Assembly (NCBI RefSeq): GCF_001194135.2
Contig: NC_069002.1
Coordinates: 34,520,360 to 34,584,359, forward strand
DNA from: Octopus bimaculoides
Lineage: Eukaryota
DNA: 64,000 nt
Reading direction: 5' to 3'
Shown: piece after piece, positions 39,999 to 53,392 of the stretch
Layout: each line of letters starts with the position of its first letter
Position numbering within the stretch: position 1 is the stretch's first letter
The notes under the pieces: generated by a model
What the model saw: only the letters and a program-made list of their open reading frames with translations
Told to the model about the DNA's origin: nothing
Databases searched by the model: none
Translations under genes and position numbers: made by a program

Positions 39999-40365
39999 NN
40001 NNNNNNNNNNNNNNNNNNNNNNNNNNNNNNNNNNNNNNNNNNNNNNNNNNNNNNNNNNNNNNNNNNNNNNNNNNNNNNNNNNNNNNNNNNNNNNNNNNNN
40101 NNNNNNNNNNNNNNNNNNNNNNNNNNNNNNNNNNNNNNNNNNNNNNNNNNNNNNNNNNNNNNNNNNNNNNNNNNNNNNNNNNNNNNNNNNNNNNNNNNNN
40201 NNNNNNNNNNNNNNNNNNNNNNNNNNNNNNNNNNNNNNNNNNNNNNNNNNNNNNNNNNNNNNNNNNNNNNNNNNNNNNNNNNNNNNNNNNNNNNNNNNNN
40301 NNNNNNNNNNNNNNNNNNNNNNNNNTATATATATATATATATATATATATAGATAGATAGATAGG

Positions 40366-40396
<31 letters not shown>

Positions 40397-40748
40397 GGTA
40401 GAGGCAGAATGAAAATGGAGTAGAAGGTGTGAGTAAAGATGAGCAAGAGTAAAGGTGAATGGGAAGAAAAACATTTTTTTTTTAACCAAACGAGAAATCC
40501 CCTGTTACACATCCTCACAAAATGATGTGTTTTTACAAAGCCTCAACACAGCTTTTAAGCATATTCTGTGAGGCATGCCTTTACAACATTCTGCCTTTAC
40601 AATATTCTGCCTTTACAATATTCTATTCCTAGACTCCGACTAGGAATAGAACATATTTCTTAGGATGTACAGCAATCGTAATTCGTTATTGAATTCAAAT
40701 ACCTTTGTATTGGGGATGAAACGTTTCAAGTATTATGCAAATTCTGAA

Positions 40749-41105
40749 GGAGGTGAGCTGGCAGAAACATTAGTACGTTGGGCGAAATGGTTAGCGGTAT
40801 TTCGTCTGTTTTTACGTTCGGAGTTTAAATTCCGTCGAGGTCGACTTTACCTTTTGGGATCGATAAATTAAGTACCATTTACGTCCCGGGGGGCGATTTA
40901 ATCGACTGGCACACACCCGAAAAATTTTGGGCCCTATGCCTAGAGTAGAAAAGTATCGTTAGCACTCCGAGCAAACGCTCAGATGCATTTCGTCATTTTC
41001 AACTTCTGAGTTCAAATTCTGCCGAAGTCGCCTTTCAGGATCGACAGACACAATATTACCTTATCCCACTGAAATTGCTGGTTTTGTGCCAAAGTTTGAA
41101 ACTTT
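40749..41105 (+). mobile_element. Two head-to-tail Nin/Deu-domain SINEs (about 40749-40953 full length, 40954-41105 lacking the first ~17 nt)
   Basis: Head GGTGAGCTGGCAGAAACATTAG; junction GAGTAGAAAAGT|ATCGTTAGCAC; second tail GTGCCAAAGTTTGAA. Confidence 0.88.
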
Positions 41106-41616
41106 GATGCAAATTCCGCAGTGTAGCAATATAGAAATGACGGGTAAATTTTGTTCGTTACTTACAAATTTTTAGTCAATAACGGATAAACATTGAATGC
41201 GTTTGAAATAAAATATATAGAACTTACATTGGTAAAGAGATATGTATCAGCTACTGGTGTATTACAGTTCTTTTAAAAATACCTTGTTTATCTACACTGA
41301 TCATATCATAAACAATCCTTTGGAACACATTTTGCATTCAAATTTATTCGCGAGTTTAACATCGTATGATGGCATTTCTGTTTTATATCTCAGTAAGCTA
41401 AAGTTAGTAAACTTTTCTCCCTGAATTAAAAACGGACGTTCTCAAAAATATATGACACGGTATAGAATGTGTTACTAAATACGAATTAAATGAGATATCA
41501 GGTGTGATGTTCATTTTTAATGCGTAGATCGTACGTTCGAGAATCATCCTTGCTAATAACTGAATCAAACCACAACACTGACTACAATAATCAGCAGTGA
41601 CTTACATATCGGTTTC

Positions 41617-41823
41617 AAATTTGGGCACAAGGCCAGCAATTTCGGGGTCGAGGGATAGTCGATTACATCAATCCCATTGCTAGATTGTTACTTATTTTAC
41701 ATACCCCTAAAGGGATGAAAGGCAAAATCACCTCGGCGGAATTTGAACTCAGAACGTAATGGGGGACGAAATTCCGCTAAGCATTTGCCCAGCGTCTTAA
41801 CAATTCTGCAAGCTCGCCGCCTT
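41617..41823 (-). mobile_element. Nin/Deu-domain SINE, full length
   Basis: TTTCAAATTTGGGCACAAGGCC through GCAAGCTCGCCGCCTT. Confidence 0.9.
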
Positions 41824-42534
41824 CATGAATCTGAAAATTAACAGAACATTCCGCCAAATTCAATCAAGCTTTTGACAAAGTGCTTCCTAAGATATGTTAA
41901 ATTCCTTTTCCGTCAGATATTCGGCTTTAAGAGAAAATAGTTGCTTCCAATATAGCTGGAAGACCTGAAATTTGGAGCCAGAGAATTAATCAACTGAATC
42001 GAAAAGAGACGCTTAGGAAGACTGTCTTGGAAAAATCGTTCGCGAAGTTTCATCTCAACGCAAAAAGTAGTAATAAAGATCACTAGGCATTTTATTGCCA
42101 ACCAACCATATTTTAGCAGAAAACAATACTATTGTAGCTGAAAACTAATAAATTTGATGCAAAGCAATTAGTTGATGTTATCACCCCAATATTCTTGGCT
42201 GACATTTTATATTTTCGAACCGAAACGAATAAAAGGCAAAAGTCACTTCGATAGAATTTGGAGCAGGGTCTAAAGTCTTGGATGGGATGACAAATAGTTA
42301 TTTCCGACTCATTAATGATCCACTTATTCCATGGGATTTCAAGTAATAAATAATAAATCAACTGAGAAAAAAATTATAATACTTGTTGTTTGTTTTTTAT
42401 GTTTTATCAATATCCTTTTGGAAATGCATGGATACTCCGACATCCTTTTTCAGATGACATCGTTATATTTAACGTATGTAGACACATGTTCAGATTTTAC
42501 GTGAAAGGAATTATATTGAATAAATATCAGCAGC

Positions 42535-43035
42535 ACTTGACTGCTAATTTATTTTATCGACCCTGGAATGACGAAATACGAAATTTGATCTCGTTTGCAT
42601 TTCAAGCAGTAAACGGCTGACAAACTTCTCAGACGCTCCAACGTTTCTACCAAAGCACAGAATCTTTTGAGGAAAATGTTACGGTTATAGGTTTTGAATT
42701 CAGGGAGTAAATAAAATTCTAATCAGTTTCAATATCAGAAAATTATTTTTTAATACTGAACTAATTGCTCAACCAAACTCCATAGCTTAGATCACATAAG
42801 AAAATTGCGAAAGCAGCGGCGTTGTTGCTGGCAATTGTGGATATTGAATTAAAATTTTGGTACAAGGCCAGCTATTTCGGAGGGTAGGGTAAGTTGTTTA
42901 AATCAATACAAGTAGTCAGCTGGTACTTATTTTATTTATCCCTGAAATTATTAACAGCAGAAGTAGACTGCGGCGGAATTTTAACTCGGAACGAAAAATA
43001 GGACAAAATGTCACTAACGATCCGGCCGTCTGACC
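42535..43035 (-). mobile_element. Two degenerate Nin/Deu-domain SINEs (about 42535-42650 and 42850-43035)
   Basis: TTATTTTATCGACCCTGGAATGA; GGTACAAGGCCAGC..GGCGGAATTTTAACTCGGAACG. Confidence 0.7.
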
Positions 43036-44482
43036 GCTACAGCAGCTGTGGATATTAAAATAAATCTGCTTGTAGATTGTGAATTAGTTAATATCTTATT
43101 GCGTTCTTTTACATAATGATTAATTGTAATTCGTAATGATCAAAATGTACCTTCCGATAATTTCGTTCGGCGTTCGATAAAATAAGAATGAAAGTATGAG
43201 ATAGTATGAGGAATTCCTAGTTGGTTTGCAGTGAGGAGTAAAAATACAAACATTTCTATGTAGTCCTTACGATGAGACCTAGACTAGAGTTATTTCGAAC
43301 ATGGCATTGTCATCGGTGGGTGGTAAAAACTGGTTTAAATTTATTCTTTAAAACACTGATATTCATTTTATTTTTAGGAATTGATGTTATAGTGAAAAAA
43401 CAGAATATTAAAAACTACTCTGTGCTGTTTCGATACAACCGTCTACATTTGGAGTTCATTTCTTGCCGGGGTCAACAAAAATATTTTTTCATTCTTTTGG
43501 TATCTAAACTGTAATGTATCCCACAAGGCAGCAGGTTCGATTTTATCGATTGTACCACTTTTCCGTCAAAGAAATCAATATAATCAACGCTTGTCTTCCT
43601 TTCGTTTTTGTTTCGTTTATTTGTCTTGCTTACATTATATTTTGAAGCACACTTTCTTTATCTCCGAAGTTACATTTTTTTGTGATCCAGTGATATAAAT
43701 ATCTATATTTCTTTCTCAAACTTACTCACATGGTTTGTGCTGCTGTCTCTTACATATGGTAATTTTGTGTTTATCTCATCACATGTCTTTTAATTTTTTT
43801 TCTTTCTTATCATTCTCTGAATGTGTATAACACTCCTCAAATCATAATATGGGTCAACTCTAAATGCAATTCCATTTATTTGATTATAGCCAAGAGCCAG
43901 TCACATTAACCTGATTGTCTGAATAAGAAAACCACTGGTAACCACCATTTCCTTCGCTAAATATTTAGTGACAATTTATTGACGTTGTTCTTTCAATATA
44001 TATTGAATACAATTTCTTTCTATTTCACGTATTCTACAGCTAAAATAATTATACTATATGCTACGAATTCAGGAAACATGTGAGCAATGCATATAGTCAT
44101 TCGAACTGCGTGAAAGTGCAGTCAAACATTTATCAAGTCACATCTTAACTTTATCAAAATTTGCGGAAAACTATACTACATAATCATAGATATCTGATGT
44201 AACACAGGGTGAAACTCTTGGAAACTCTTTGGGCAAGTGTGCAACCACCATGACATATATATATATATATATATATATANNNNNNNNNNNNNNNNNNNNN
44301 NNNNNNNNNNNNNNNNNNNNNNNNNNNNNNNNNNNNNNNNNNNNNNNNNNNNNNNNNNNNNNNNNNNNNNNNNNNNNNNNNNNNNNNNNNTATAAAGATC
44401 TTTCTATTTTCTCGAGCGTCAAAATAACACGCTTCTTGTTCATACACCTGTCTTTGTATTTAGTTTTTCTATAACTTTCAAC

Positions 44483-44520
<38 letters not shown>

Positions 44521-46000
44521 TGTGTGTTTATGTATGTGTGTGTGTGTACGTATGTATTCAATAAATAATTAAAAGAAGTGCTAGTGGTGTTAATATTACC
44601 GCTAACATTAACTAAATACATGTGTTTTATTTATTCAATGGATTCGCTGCGTGATTGTTCCTGAGGTCCACCCGGGACATATGGATTATTTCTTACAGTA
44701 TTCATATATAGTTATTAACTGGTTATCCGGTTCGTCCCCAGATCGACACACGCACGTGATGATAATAAGCCACAATGTCGAAATGTCGGTATCCCTCAAT
44801 TCTGAATGCGCTCCGAGATAAGTTGTTTCGCCTGTCAAGGGACTTTTAGGTGTTTCAACACCCAGTTTTGAAAGGGCTCGTGTCCAAGCTCCAATATTGC
44901 AGCGAATCTTACAAACAGAAAAACATGCATTGCGAATGTGATCTATATAAACAATTGTGCATTTTGCACCAATACAACACGAGGGTTACGCTCATGGTAT
45001 CGTATAAGTGGGGATAAATTATAACTTGAAATTCCATATTATGAAAGGATATATCTAGAATGGAATTTAAAAAAAAATTATCTCCTATATTGCAAGTAAT
45101 ATTAAATTGAATTACTATTGTAGTCATGTACTATAACACTAAGGTAATATTCCTAAAACTGCTTTTGTAGAACACTGAGTTCTTATAAAGATGGCAAAAT
45201 ACATTTACTCTCTACTTTATTGTTACATATTGAAAATAGTTACGACAGGTTTTAAAGGAAAAACAACACAACATAATATTCTTCTTGAATGTAGTACATC
45301 TTATAATTTCATATAAAGCGAAACACTGCTTTGCTGAAATACAAATGAACATACTAAATAAAACGGGAAAAAATGAAATAAAACCATGCATTTGTGCAAC
45401 TAATCAAAAGCATACGTTGTTCACATATTTCAGTTGTTATAACAATGTTATCTTTGCTAAGTTCTCAGTGGAATATTAAACAGAGAATGATTCACCTCGT
45501 GCTTCGCATGTATTTTTTTGTCATCGACTGATAAATAAGTAAGTGGATGTAGCGGTGGCGAAATATAAATTATATAGAACATGCTCTGACGGATCCGTGT
45601 GTGTTGAATTCACAAGATAAGGCTTAGATATATTAGAAGTATTTCAGAATAAAACTTCTGAGCTGGAAAAAGAAAAGGACAGAAGATGTAACACTTCCAA
45701 AACTGATTGGCTCTGTGCATACGGGATTTAAAAACATAGGTGTGTTGCCCATTAGCTTCACTATAGATGTTTAGCTGTCTGTTGAAAGAATGCAGGTTAT
45801 AACTGTTTTAAAAATAGGTAAACAGAGCAAGTTGAAATTGAGGTTCTTTTTAATAATGCAGATCTAAGTATACTAGTACGAAAAATATACGTATGTATGT
45901 ATATAGGATTATGTATATTCTTCTCTTTCGCTTTTTAATCTTGGAGTAAATTTTGAACCGCCACACACTGGATATCTAAGTTGAGAAGGAAAATATGTTG

Positions 46001-46302
46001 TCAGCAGTCCTTACAGAAATTAATAGTCCCAGATATTGTGATCATTTGTAGCAATGAATTAAGGATTTGCATTCTCTCCCCAAGATCCCAACATCAGTTA
46101 TACTTTGCTCCAGGTGGGTCGGCATGTATCCTGTTGCTCCAATAATAAGCGGTATGAAGCTGAAAGTGTATTTGTAAATTCATTATCAACAGTTCATAGA
46201 CGTCCTCTTTCTTTTGTACTTTTGCCTTCAGAGAACAGCTCATTTCCACAGTAACTGCTTTACACACCATTGTAGTTCGACACAACAATATCTGGCAGGT
46301 AG
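46001..46302 (-). mobile_element. R4/Dong-type restriction-like endonuclease domain relic
   Basis: Minus strand with frameshifts gives PDIVV..VEMSCSLKAKVQKKEDVYELLIMNLQ..PLIIGATGYMPTHLEQSITDVG..ISGTINFCK, matching PD-(D/E)..K..Y and PIIIGAxG motifs. Confidence 0.7.
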
Positions 46303-46597
46303 TATTTTAACTCGATGTCTGTTTCAATTTTTAACTTTCTTCGATGGACGTATTTTTGTATGATTTTTCTTTGAATCTAACTTAAGTTCTTAAGACTGCT
46401 CAAGCCGGTTGCTAACAATGAGACTACAGAGTTCCCGTTGTTTATGTGCATGTGGTTGAGTTAGTGTGCTTTTTGAACTGTCGATAAGTCACATAGATTA
46501 GGACCTGGAAGCTGAACATGTCGTCTCCGGCAGGTAATTCTTATAGGGACTAGGTCAACAATTTATTCGGTGTGTTTCGCTCAACTTTATCAAAAAA

Positions 46598-46810
46598 CAT
46601 CATTCAGGGACCGTTTGAGCGGGATGGAGTACTCGACCTGAAGAAAATTTTAACTAGAAGGTCATGCACTGATTCATCTTGATATGAGATCACCATGTCA
46701 CGCACATATATTTGTGATGCATGTGCCTGGTGTACTCTTATCAGATGGGTAGTCATGATGGGTATACTGGGCTTCGTATATGTTACCCCTGTGTCACTTT
46801 GAAGGCATGC
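46598..46810 (+). mobile_element. Retroposon 3' end (family D), copy 3
   Basis: Its reverse complement aligns to 2070-2300 and 14127-14255; followed by a trinucleotide tract. Confidence 0.8.
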
Positions 46811-46811
46811 A

Positions 46812-47441
46812 CTGTCATCATTATTATGTCATCATTATTATGTCATCATTATTATGACGACGAGGACGATGGTGACGACGACGGTAACGAAGACGATGTT
46901 TTGACAATGACAACGACGACGACGACGACGACGGTGACGATAATGTTCGTGATGAGGATTATAATGATGATCAATATAATTCTGTTTAGAGAGTACTTCA
47001 CCATGAAGATTACGAAGAACGCGATGTAAATGGTGACGACGACGACCGCAATCACAATCACCAACATGATGCTGACGATGATGCTGAGGCTGATGAAGAT
47101 GACGATGATGATGAGGATGATGATGACGATTACGCTTTGGTTGCATAGACATTCAACAAGCTTGTCTCAGCAATTGAAAACTCTTTCGATCCCAGGAATG
47201 AGATGTATTGAACACTAATTATCAAAACTAAGCAATAGCAGTAGATATTGTAGAAGCATTAACATCAACACCAACAGCAGCAGCAGCAGTAACATTAGTG
47301 TTCGTGGCAGTGGTGGTAGTAGAAAACATAGCATTACTAATGGAATTATAAGGATCAGAATTGTTATCCTTCTGTATCTTCTTCATATTATTATCAATAT
47401 TATTATTATTCCTTTTATTATTATTGTCATCGTCGTTATTA

Positions 47442-47485
<44 letters not shown>

Positions 47486-47487
47486 GA
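46812..47487. repeat. Compound (GAC/GAT)n, (AGC)n and (ATT)n microsatellite tracts
   Basis: Read directly; interrupted by short unique sequence. Confidence 0.9.
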
Positions 47488-48045
47488 TGGAAGCTTTTAT
47501 TATTTGTATTAATTGTTGTTTTTTTTAATGGTGCTGGTATATTTGTTGTAATTATTGTTACTATTAATATTAACATTAATCTCTGAATTAAATGTATTTT
47601 TCTTGTTTTGGATAATGTTCGTTAAATTTCTTTTTTATTCTTTGTTAATCTTATTTATGGGATTCAATTTTAATTAAAAATTGGCTGAAATATTTGGCCA
47701 TCATGGGAATAAATCTCTTTTAAAACACAAAAATCCAGCTCCAGAATTAAGGGGAGAAATAAAAACGCTGAACAAGAGCTAAGAGTTATTTCTAGCAGAA
47801 TGACACAATAGATTCCCTTTCAGAAATAAAAATAAAAAAGTAAAGCGACAGAATGCTTTACGGTTTTATGTTTATTTGTTTATGCATATATTTGTTTATT
47901 TATTTATTCATTTATGTCGTAACAGAGAAAATGTCGATCTCATATAAATTCAGCCAACGTAAGATGCAACAAAAAGGTTGTTTGAGGGACGACACAGAAA
48001 AAAAAAACACGGAACAGAGAAAAAAATATGACACAATAGTAATTT

Positions 48046-48046
<1 letters not shown>

Positions 48047-48105
<59 letters not shown>
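48047..48105. repeat. (AAT)n microsatellite
   Basis: Read directly. Confidence 0.96.
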
Positions 48106-48106
<1 letters not shown>

Positions 48107-49479
48107 TGAACAATCCTATGCCAATAATCTCCACATTCTTAACAGCATAAATACATATACGTGATAGCCTTCATATGTGCCGTCCTTTTGTAAAATTATG
48201 ATTCACAAAGATAAGTTTTCGTTCGCTGAGATATGAATGATATGAGTAAGGTTGAGTGTTATTGTAGAGTTCTTAAAACAGCACGTACTTTTCTTTTGCA
48301 AGACAACGCGTATCAGTCGTGTAAAAATTTGTAAAGTTAAGGATAGAAATAGAAATATGATTGTTTAAGTTGAACTCTCATTTTTATTCTTGAAGACTGA
48401 ATGATTTTGAGAATTGAGAATAATTTGTAGAGTTCATGTCAAGGATTTTTAGTTATCTATATATATGTCATAGCCAACATAAAATGTTTGACAGTTGATG
48501 TTTTATATTAACACCGAGTATGAATTTCTCACTAAAACCTATCGATATACTACGGGACACATTTGATGTCACGTACAATCGACTAAATATACTCTACTAC
48601 ATGACTGATATTTATCTTATTCGCTCTCGAACGGGTTGCAAGTGAAGGCCGCGTAGTCTTGGTTTTTGAAACCAGACTTTAAGAAGCAATACCTCAATAC
48701 AACATAATTTACTCGTCAATGTGCCCATTTACAGTGTCTACACATAATTCCACCATCAATTTCTTTATAACATTTATTTCTACCGTTTAAGTCCTAGACA
48801 ATCTTTCATGTCAATTATTTCAAATAGCAATCATTATTATCAATAGTTTGGCCTGAGGTTTCGTTCCAAACCACAGAAGTGAGTGTATGTGGTTGATCTA
48901 CGAAGAGAAATTATCAGCCATACCTCCCTCAAAGTATTGACTATTTTCTGTAGAAATGGATTAGTCTGGTATTATTTGTCTCCGTTCTCTGCACAGCATA
49001 ATCGCTGTGATGGTCGAGGTCGGAATGCCGTCGATCATCATTTCAGTCAAAGCGGGCTTGGGACTGAGCAATGACAAACACAATGCAAATGATTATTCTA
49101 AGTCACTGTAATCGATCTTAATACTTGAAAGGCAATGTCATACCTGTCGGCATTTGATAAAATGACGTAATAAATTCAATAGTATATAATTGTATTGTTC
49201 ATGATTGCTGACAATGGCGAAGAGACACGGATTTCTGAAAGGAAAATATCTGAATCAAGTGATGGACTCTGAAATATACGTCTGATATATTATTTTATTT
49301 AAAGACGAAAGTCAAAGTCGAATCTCGCGAAGTCTTAGCCAAAACTGTTCTTTGGTTCTATGAATTAGGTTACGAATAAAGGGTGAATACCGATGTTAAA
49401 ACAACGTAGGACGGTCGCTCTGAGTACCAATTACATATGTAATTAAGCATTGCTTATCACTATGAGGGGTCAGCAACGA

Positions 49480-50290
49480 TTACAATGGAACCCTCAATTT
49501 CAGAGCTCATTTCCGGTGAATTGCATAGAAAGTATTAAATTGCCGAGAAAGGAAAGTGGAAGAGGGCTTATATGAGTACAAGTCTGCGTCGAGTTAGTTA
49601 GAGTAGATATAAACTCCTATGTAGGTAATAACAAAGTTTATTAAGAGCTTCTAGAGTCACAGAAGACATAGGGAAACCAAAACCCAAACGAAGTTAAAAA
49701 CCAGAAAAAAGAATAAAAGTTATCTTACTGGCAGGAGAAGGCTTTGCATGGTAGATTCCCAAGATTGTTACAGAAAACTGTGGTAGTGCGACATGTTTAT
49801 GGGTTCAGAAATCAAGGCTGAAAGGGAGACAGAAAGTTTGTTAGTAGCTGTGCAAAATCAAACATTAACGACTAATTAGATAAAAGTAAAGTTAGACAAA
49901 ACCAAGTAGATTCCCACTGTAGATTATGCAAATCAAAAGAAGTAAGTCTTACTGATATAGTAAGTGACTGTAGCATGCTGGTAGCTCAGAAAGAATACAT
50001 GAAAACAAATGACAGCCTAGGGATAGTAATCCACTAGGAGTTACGCAGAGATCTCGGATTTGCCCGTGGTGAGAAATGGTATTAAGATGAACCTAACAAC
50101 ATACTAGACAGTAAGAAATACAAAATGATGAGGGCCTTTAACTTTCAGACTGACGGAGTAATAGATGGTAGAAGGACTGATTTAGTAGTAGATAAAGTGA
50201 ATAGAAAGTGCCAGATTATTGACTTTACAGACACAAAATGATGAAAACCTCAGTATGAGAGGTGTTGAGAAAATAGCAAAATACCAGGCA
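49480..50290 (+). mobile_element. R4/Dong-type non-LTR retrotransposon relic (post-RT region, zinc knuckle, restriction-like endonuclease)
   Basis: With stops and frameshifts: LPRKESGRGLI; WQEKALHGRFPR (49729); ETESLLVAVQNQTLTTN; CRLCKSKEVSLTDIVSDC (degenerate CCHC); KWY*DEP; FQTDGVIDGRRTDLVVDKVNRKCQIIDF..EKIAKYQ. Confidence 0.9.
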
Positions 50291-51803
50291 CCAAGGAGTG
50301 TCTACTTGACATGTAGCTAATATTAAGCAACTGCATATCCACTTTTCCCTCCCCTGTATATACATATAACAATTAAGGTGATTATCATTATGTGGGCATA
50401 TATTCTAAGTTTATCTTTTATCTGTTCATGTGGGAATGTTGAGTTCACCGCCTGCCAATTATCTAAGGAATTATGATAGAAAAAACTAATGTTAATGTCA
50501 TTTAAGAAATTCAGTCAGCTGCATCCCAAAATGCATTTAGATGTTCGGTGATTATTTTTCGAGTTCTTTCAGTATTTCCAATTGTACATGTTGAAATGAA
50601 TTTAGTTCCGTATAGAAAATATCGGCTTGAATTTAATGATATTAATTACATACATTATACTTGTTATAGTTACATTTGTAACTGTGTAGATATATTTTGT
50701 ACATGGCGGACAATCATATTATTTTAAAATCCAGCTATGTGATTATTTAGTACAAAATCAATTATTGTCCAAAAGACGTATTACAAAATATGACTCCTAT
50801 CTGATGGAACATACGCACCGATCATTAGACACATAATGCAATGCATACATTTGGATATCCTTGTTTTACTATTTCACTTGGAGCCATAGTCTTACAGCGC
50901 TATTCGAACAAACAGTCTCCGGAACTTTAACTTTTGTACTTAGTCCTATTCTCACAGGCACTTATAACCAGTCACAATCCTAAGGTCATATAGACACACC
51001 AACATCGATTCCGAAGTTATTGAGGATGAACGTTAAGTCCAAACAAATAGACAGACATGCAAACACGCGCACACCGAACAACATATTTGTGTGCGCGTGT
51101 GTGCATGTATATATTTGTTAGGTTTCTGTGAAACAAACATATTCATAATGAATTAAACAGTTCACGGCTATTGCAGATTTTTGTCGAATGTGCGTTGCGA
51201 TGGGGTCGAAGAGGAAACTAGCTGGTTCAAAAAACGTCTTGGACTGAAGCACACACTGAGGCGTCCCATGAGGCACCCTATACATTCCCGATAAAAAAAA
51301 AAAACATTTGTACATCTTGGGTTAAAGGAATATTTTGAGAAGTACTTAATTTACAGTATTAAGGCAGAGGGGGAGAGAGATAAAGTGAGGGAGAGAGATA
51401 AAGTAAGGGAGAGAGATAACGTGAGGGAGAGGAAAAGAGAGAGTCAAAAAGAGAGAGAGAGAGAGTTCGATAAAAAATATATTCCAGGCTGACCACATTT
51501 CGTTGTTTTGTAACGAGTTTTTGAGTTGTTCGATGTTTTTTCTCATTCGTTTTGTATTTTCGCCGTTCCGTTTGGGAATTGTTACCCAATTTATTCGTCA
51601 TCGCTCGAGGAAGATGCCATATCATATATTAGTTCTGTCATGACATGTAGCATTATTAAAAATCTGTTTGTGTAAGATTCCCTAAGGAAATTTCTCTTGT
51701 TATCCCCAGATTTAAGAAGGTATTACTTTGAAAATGGATTTACTTATGTGCTCTCGCTTCACAAACTTTTTTCTTAATCTTCCCTTATTTTCCGATATTT
51801 CAG

Positions 51804-51929
51804 CACTGAGATGTTTCAAATGCAAAAAAGATTGCGAGCAGTTACCCTGTATCATCAATTGCATGTCCTTTGTCGCTGGGCCTTCGACTTATAGCAATGA
51901 CAAGATGCTTCTGTGGACGTCAAGAATGT
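51804..51929 (+). CDS. Candidate Cys-rich exon resembling the first half of a Ly6/uPAR (three-finger) domain
   Basis: Acceptor CCCTTATTTTCCGATATTTCAG|. The phase-1 frame is the only open one and reads (A)LRCFKCKKDCEQLPCIINCMSFVAGPSTYSNDKMLLWTSRM(C). Possible phase-1 donor T|GTATTT at 51930. LxCxxC after a phase-1 intron is typical of Ly6 genes; no downstream CCxxxxCN exon was found. Confidence 0.42.
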
Positions 51930-52101
51930 GTATTTTTAGTAGGAGGANNNNNNNNNNNNNNNNNNNNNNNNNNNNNNNNNNNNNNNNNNNNNNNNNNNNN
52001 NNNNNNNNNNNNNNNNNNNNNNNNNNNNNNNNNNNNNNNNNNNNNNNNNNNNNNNNNNNNNNNNNNNNNNNNNNNNNNNNNNNNNNNNNNNNNNNNNNNN
52101 N

Positions 52102-52254
52102 GGGGGAGAAGGAGGAGAAGGAGGAGAAGGAGGAGGAGAAGGAGGAGGAGAAGGAGGAGGAGAAGGAGGAGGAGAAGGAGGAGGAGAAGGAGGAGGAGAA
52201 GGAGGAGGAGAAGGACGAGCAGCAGAAGTAGTAGAATTAGTAGAAGTGGTAGTG

Positions 52255-52287
<33 letters not shown>

Positions 52288-52310
52288 ACAGAAGCAGCAG
52301 CAGCAGTAGC

Positions 52311-52350
<40 letters not shown>
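52102..52350. repeat. (GGAGGAGGAGAA)n 12-mer followed by (TAG/CAG)n
   Basis: Read directly; explains the EEK and poly-R ORFs. Confidence 0.95.
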
Positions 52351-52351
<1 letters not shown>

Positions 52352-52584
52352 TAGTTGTTGCTGTTGTTCTTGTTGCAGTTGTATATTAAACTCACTGTAA
52401 TTTCCATTCTCTTTTGTGTTTTTTTTTGTTTTGTTTTTTTGTCAACTTATACATTTAGCACCTGATACCATTCTGCAAATTATCTATTTTTAAGATTTGA
52501 GAACGTTGAAATTAATTACATGCTAATATTATTCATTAAATTAATATTGTTTAAAATGATTGCTCGGCGGTTTGCAATACAATT

Positions 52585-52634
<50 letters not shown>

Positions 52635-52706
52635 ACATTATTATAACCATTAATAATAATGAAGATTAATATAATAAGGAATCCATACGAGTATTATAAT
52701 TGTTGA

Positions 52707-52920
52707 TGGCGGTGAGCTGGTAGAATCGTTTTGCACATTTTGCAAAATACTTAACAGCATTTCGTCCATCACTACGTTCTGAATTCAAATTCTGTCGAGG
52801 TCGACTTTGCCTTTTAACCTTTCATTTCCATAAAAATAAGTACTAGTTGAATACTGGAGTCGATCTATTCGAATTATCCCCTGCCGCGAAATAGCTGCCC
52901 TTGTGCCAAAGTGTGAACCC
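52707..52920 (+). mobile_element. Nin/Deu-domain SINE, full length
   Basis: GGCGGTGAGCTGGTAGAATCG..GAATTCAAATTCTGTCGAGGTCGACTTTGCC..CTTGTGCCAAAGTGTGAA. Confidence 0.88.
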
Positions 52921-53355
52921 ACTAATATTATTGATGGCTGTTATTATTGTCCACATTTTAATCATCATCTTCGTGATCTTCATTACTCTTTCTATTGGTG
53001 CTGTTTCTGTGTTTGTCGTTGTTGTTATCCGTACTATGTGTAAAATGTTAAATCGGAGATGATTCACCGATCACTTCAGTGAGGTCCTTAGCAATCTCGA
53101 TATACTAAAATAAGCCTATATTTATTCTTTCTTTCTCTTGTGCTGAATCTGATTTTACTTATGGGGGACTAGCAAACAGTTTAATTCCGCGAATTATTGC
53201 TATGCACCCATTTAGCTGCTATGTTAAGCATTTTCATAATACATAAGTTGGCGATGAATTCACATGAATTCATATGCGTTTTATATGAGATGTTCTCACA
53301 ATATAATGGTTTAATTTTCCACAGTATCTTATTCTGAATTTTGAAAATTCCTCGT

Positions 53356-53392
<37 letters not shown>

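Noticed and set aside
40576-40623. 16-bp unit repeated three times (TGCCTTTACAA(C/T)ATTC)
   Set aside because: Ordinary local slippage duplication.
41868-41882. AFDKV reverse-transcriptase motif
   Set aside because: Isolated five-residue match with no neighbouring RT motifs.
44697-44907. Minus-strand 211-nt open exon candidate (IRCNIGAWTRALSKLGVET...)
   Set aside because: Weak AAG acceptor, no recognisable domain and no partner exons. The nearby 10-bp inverted repeat is expected by chance.
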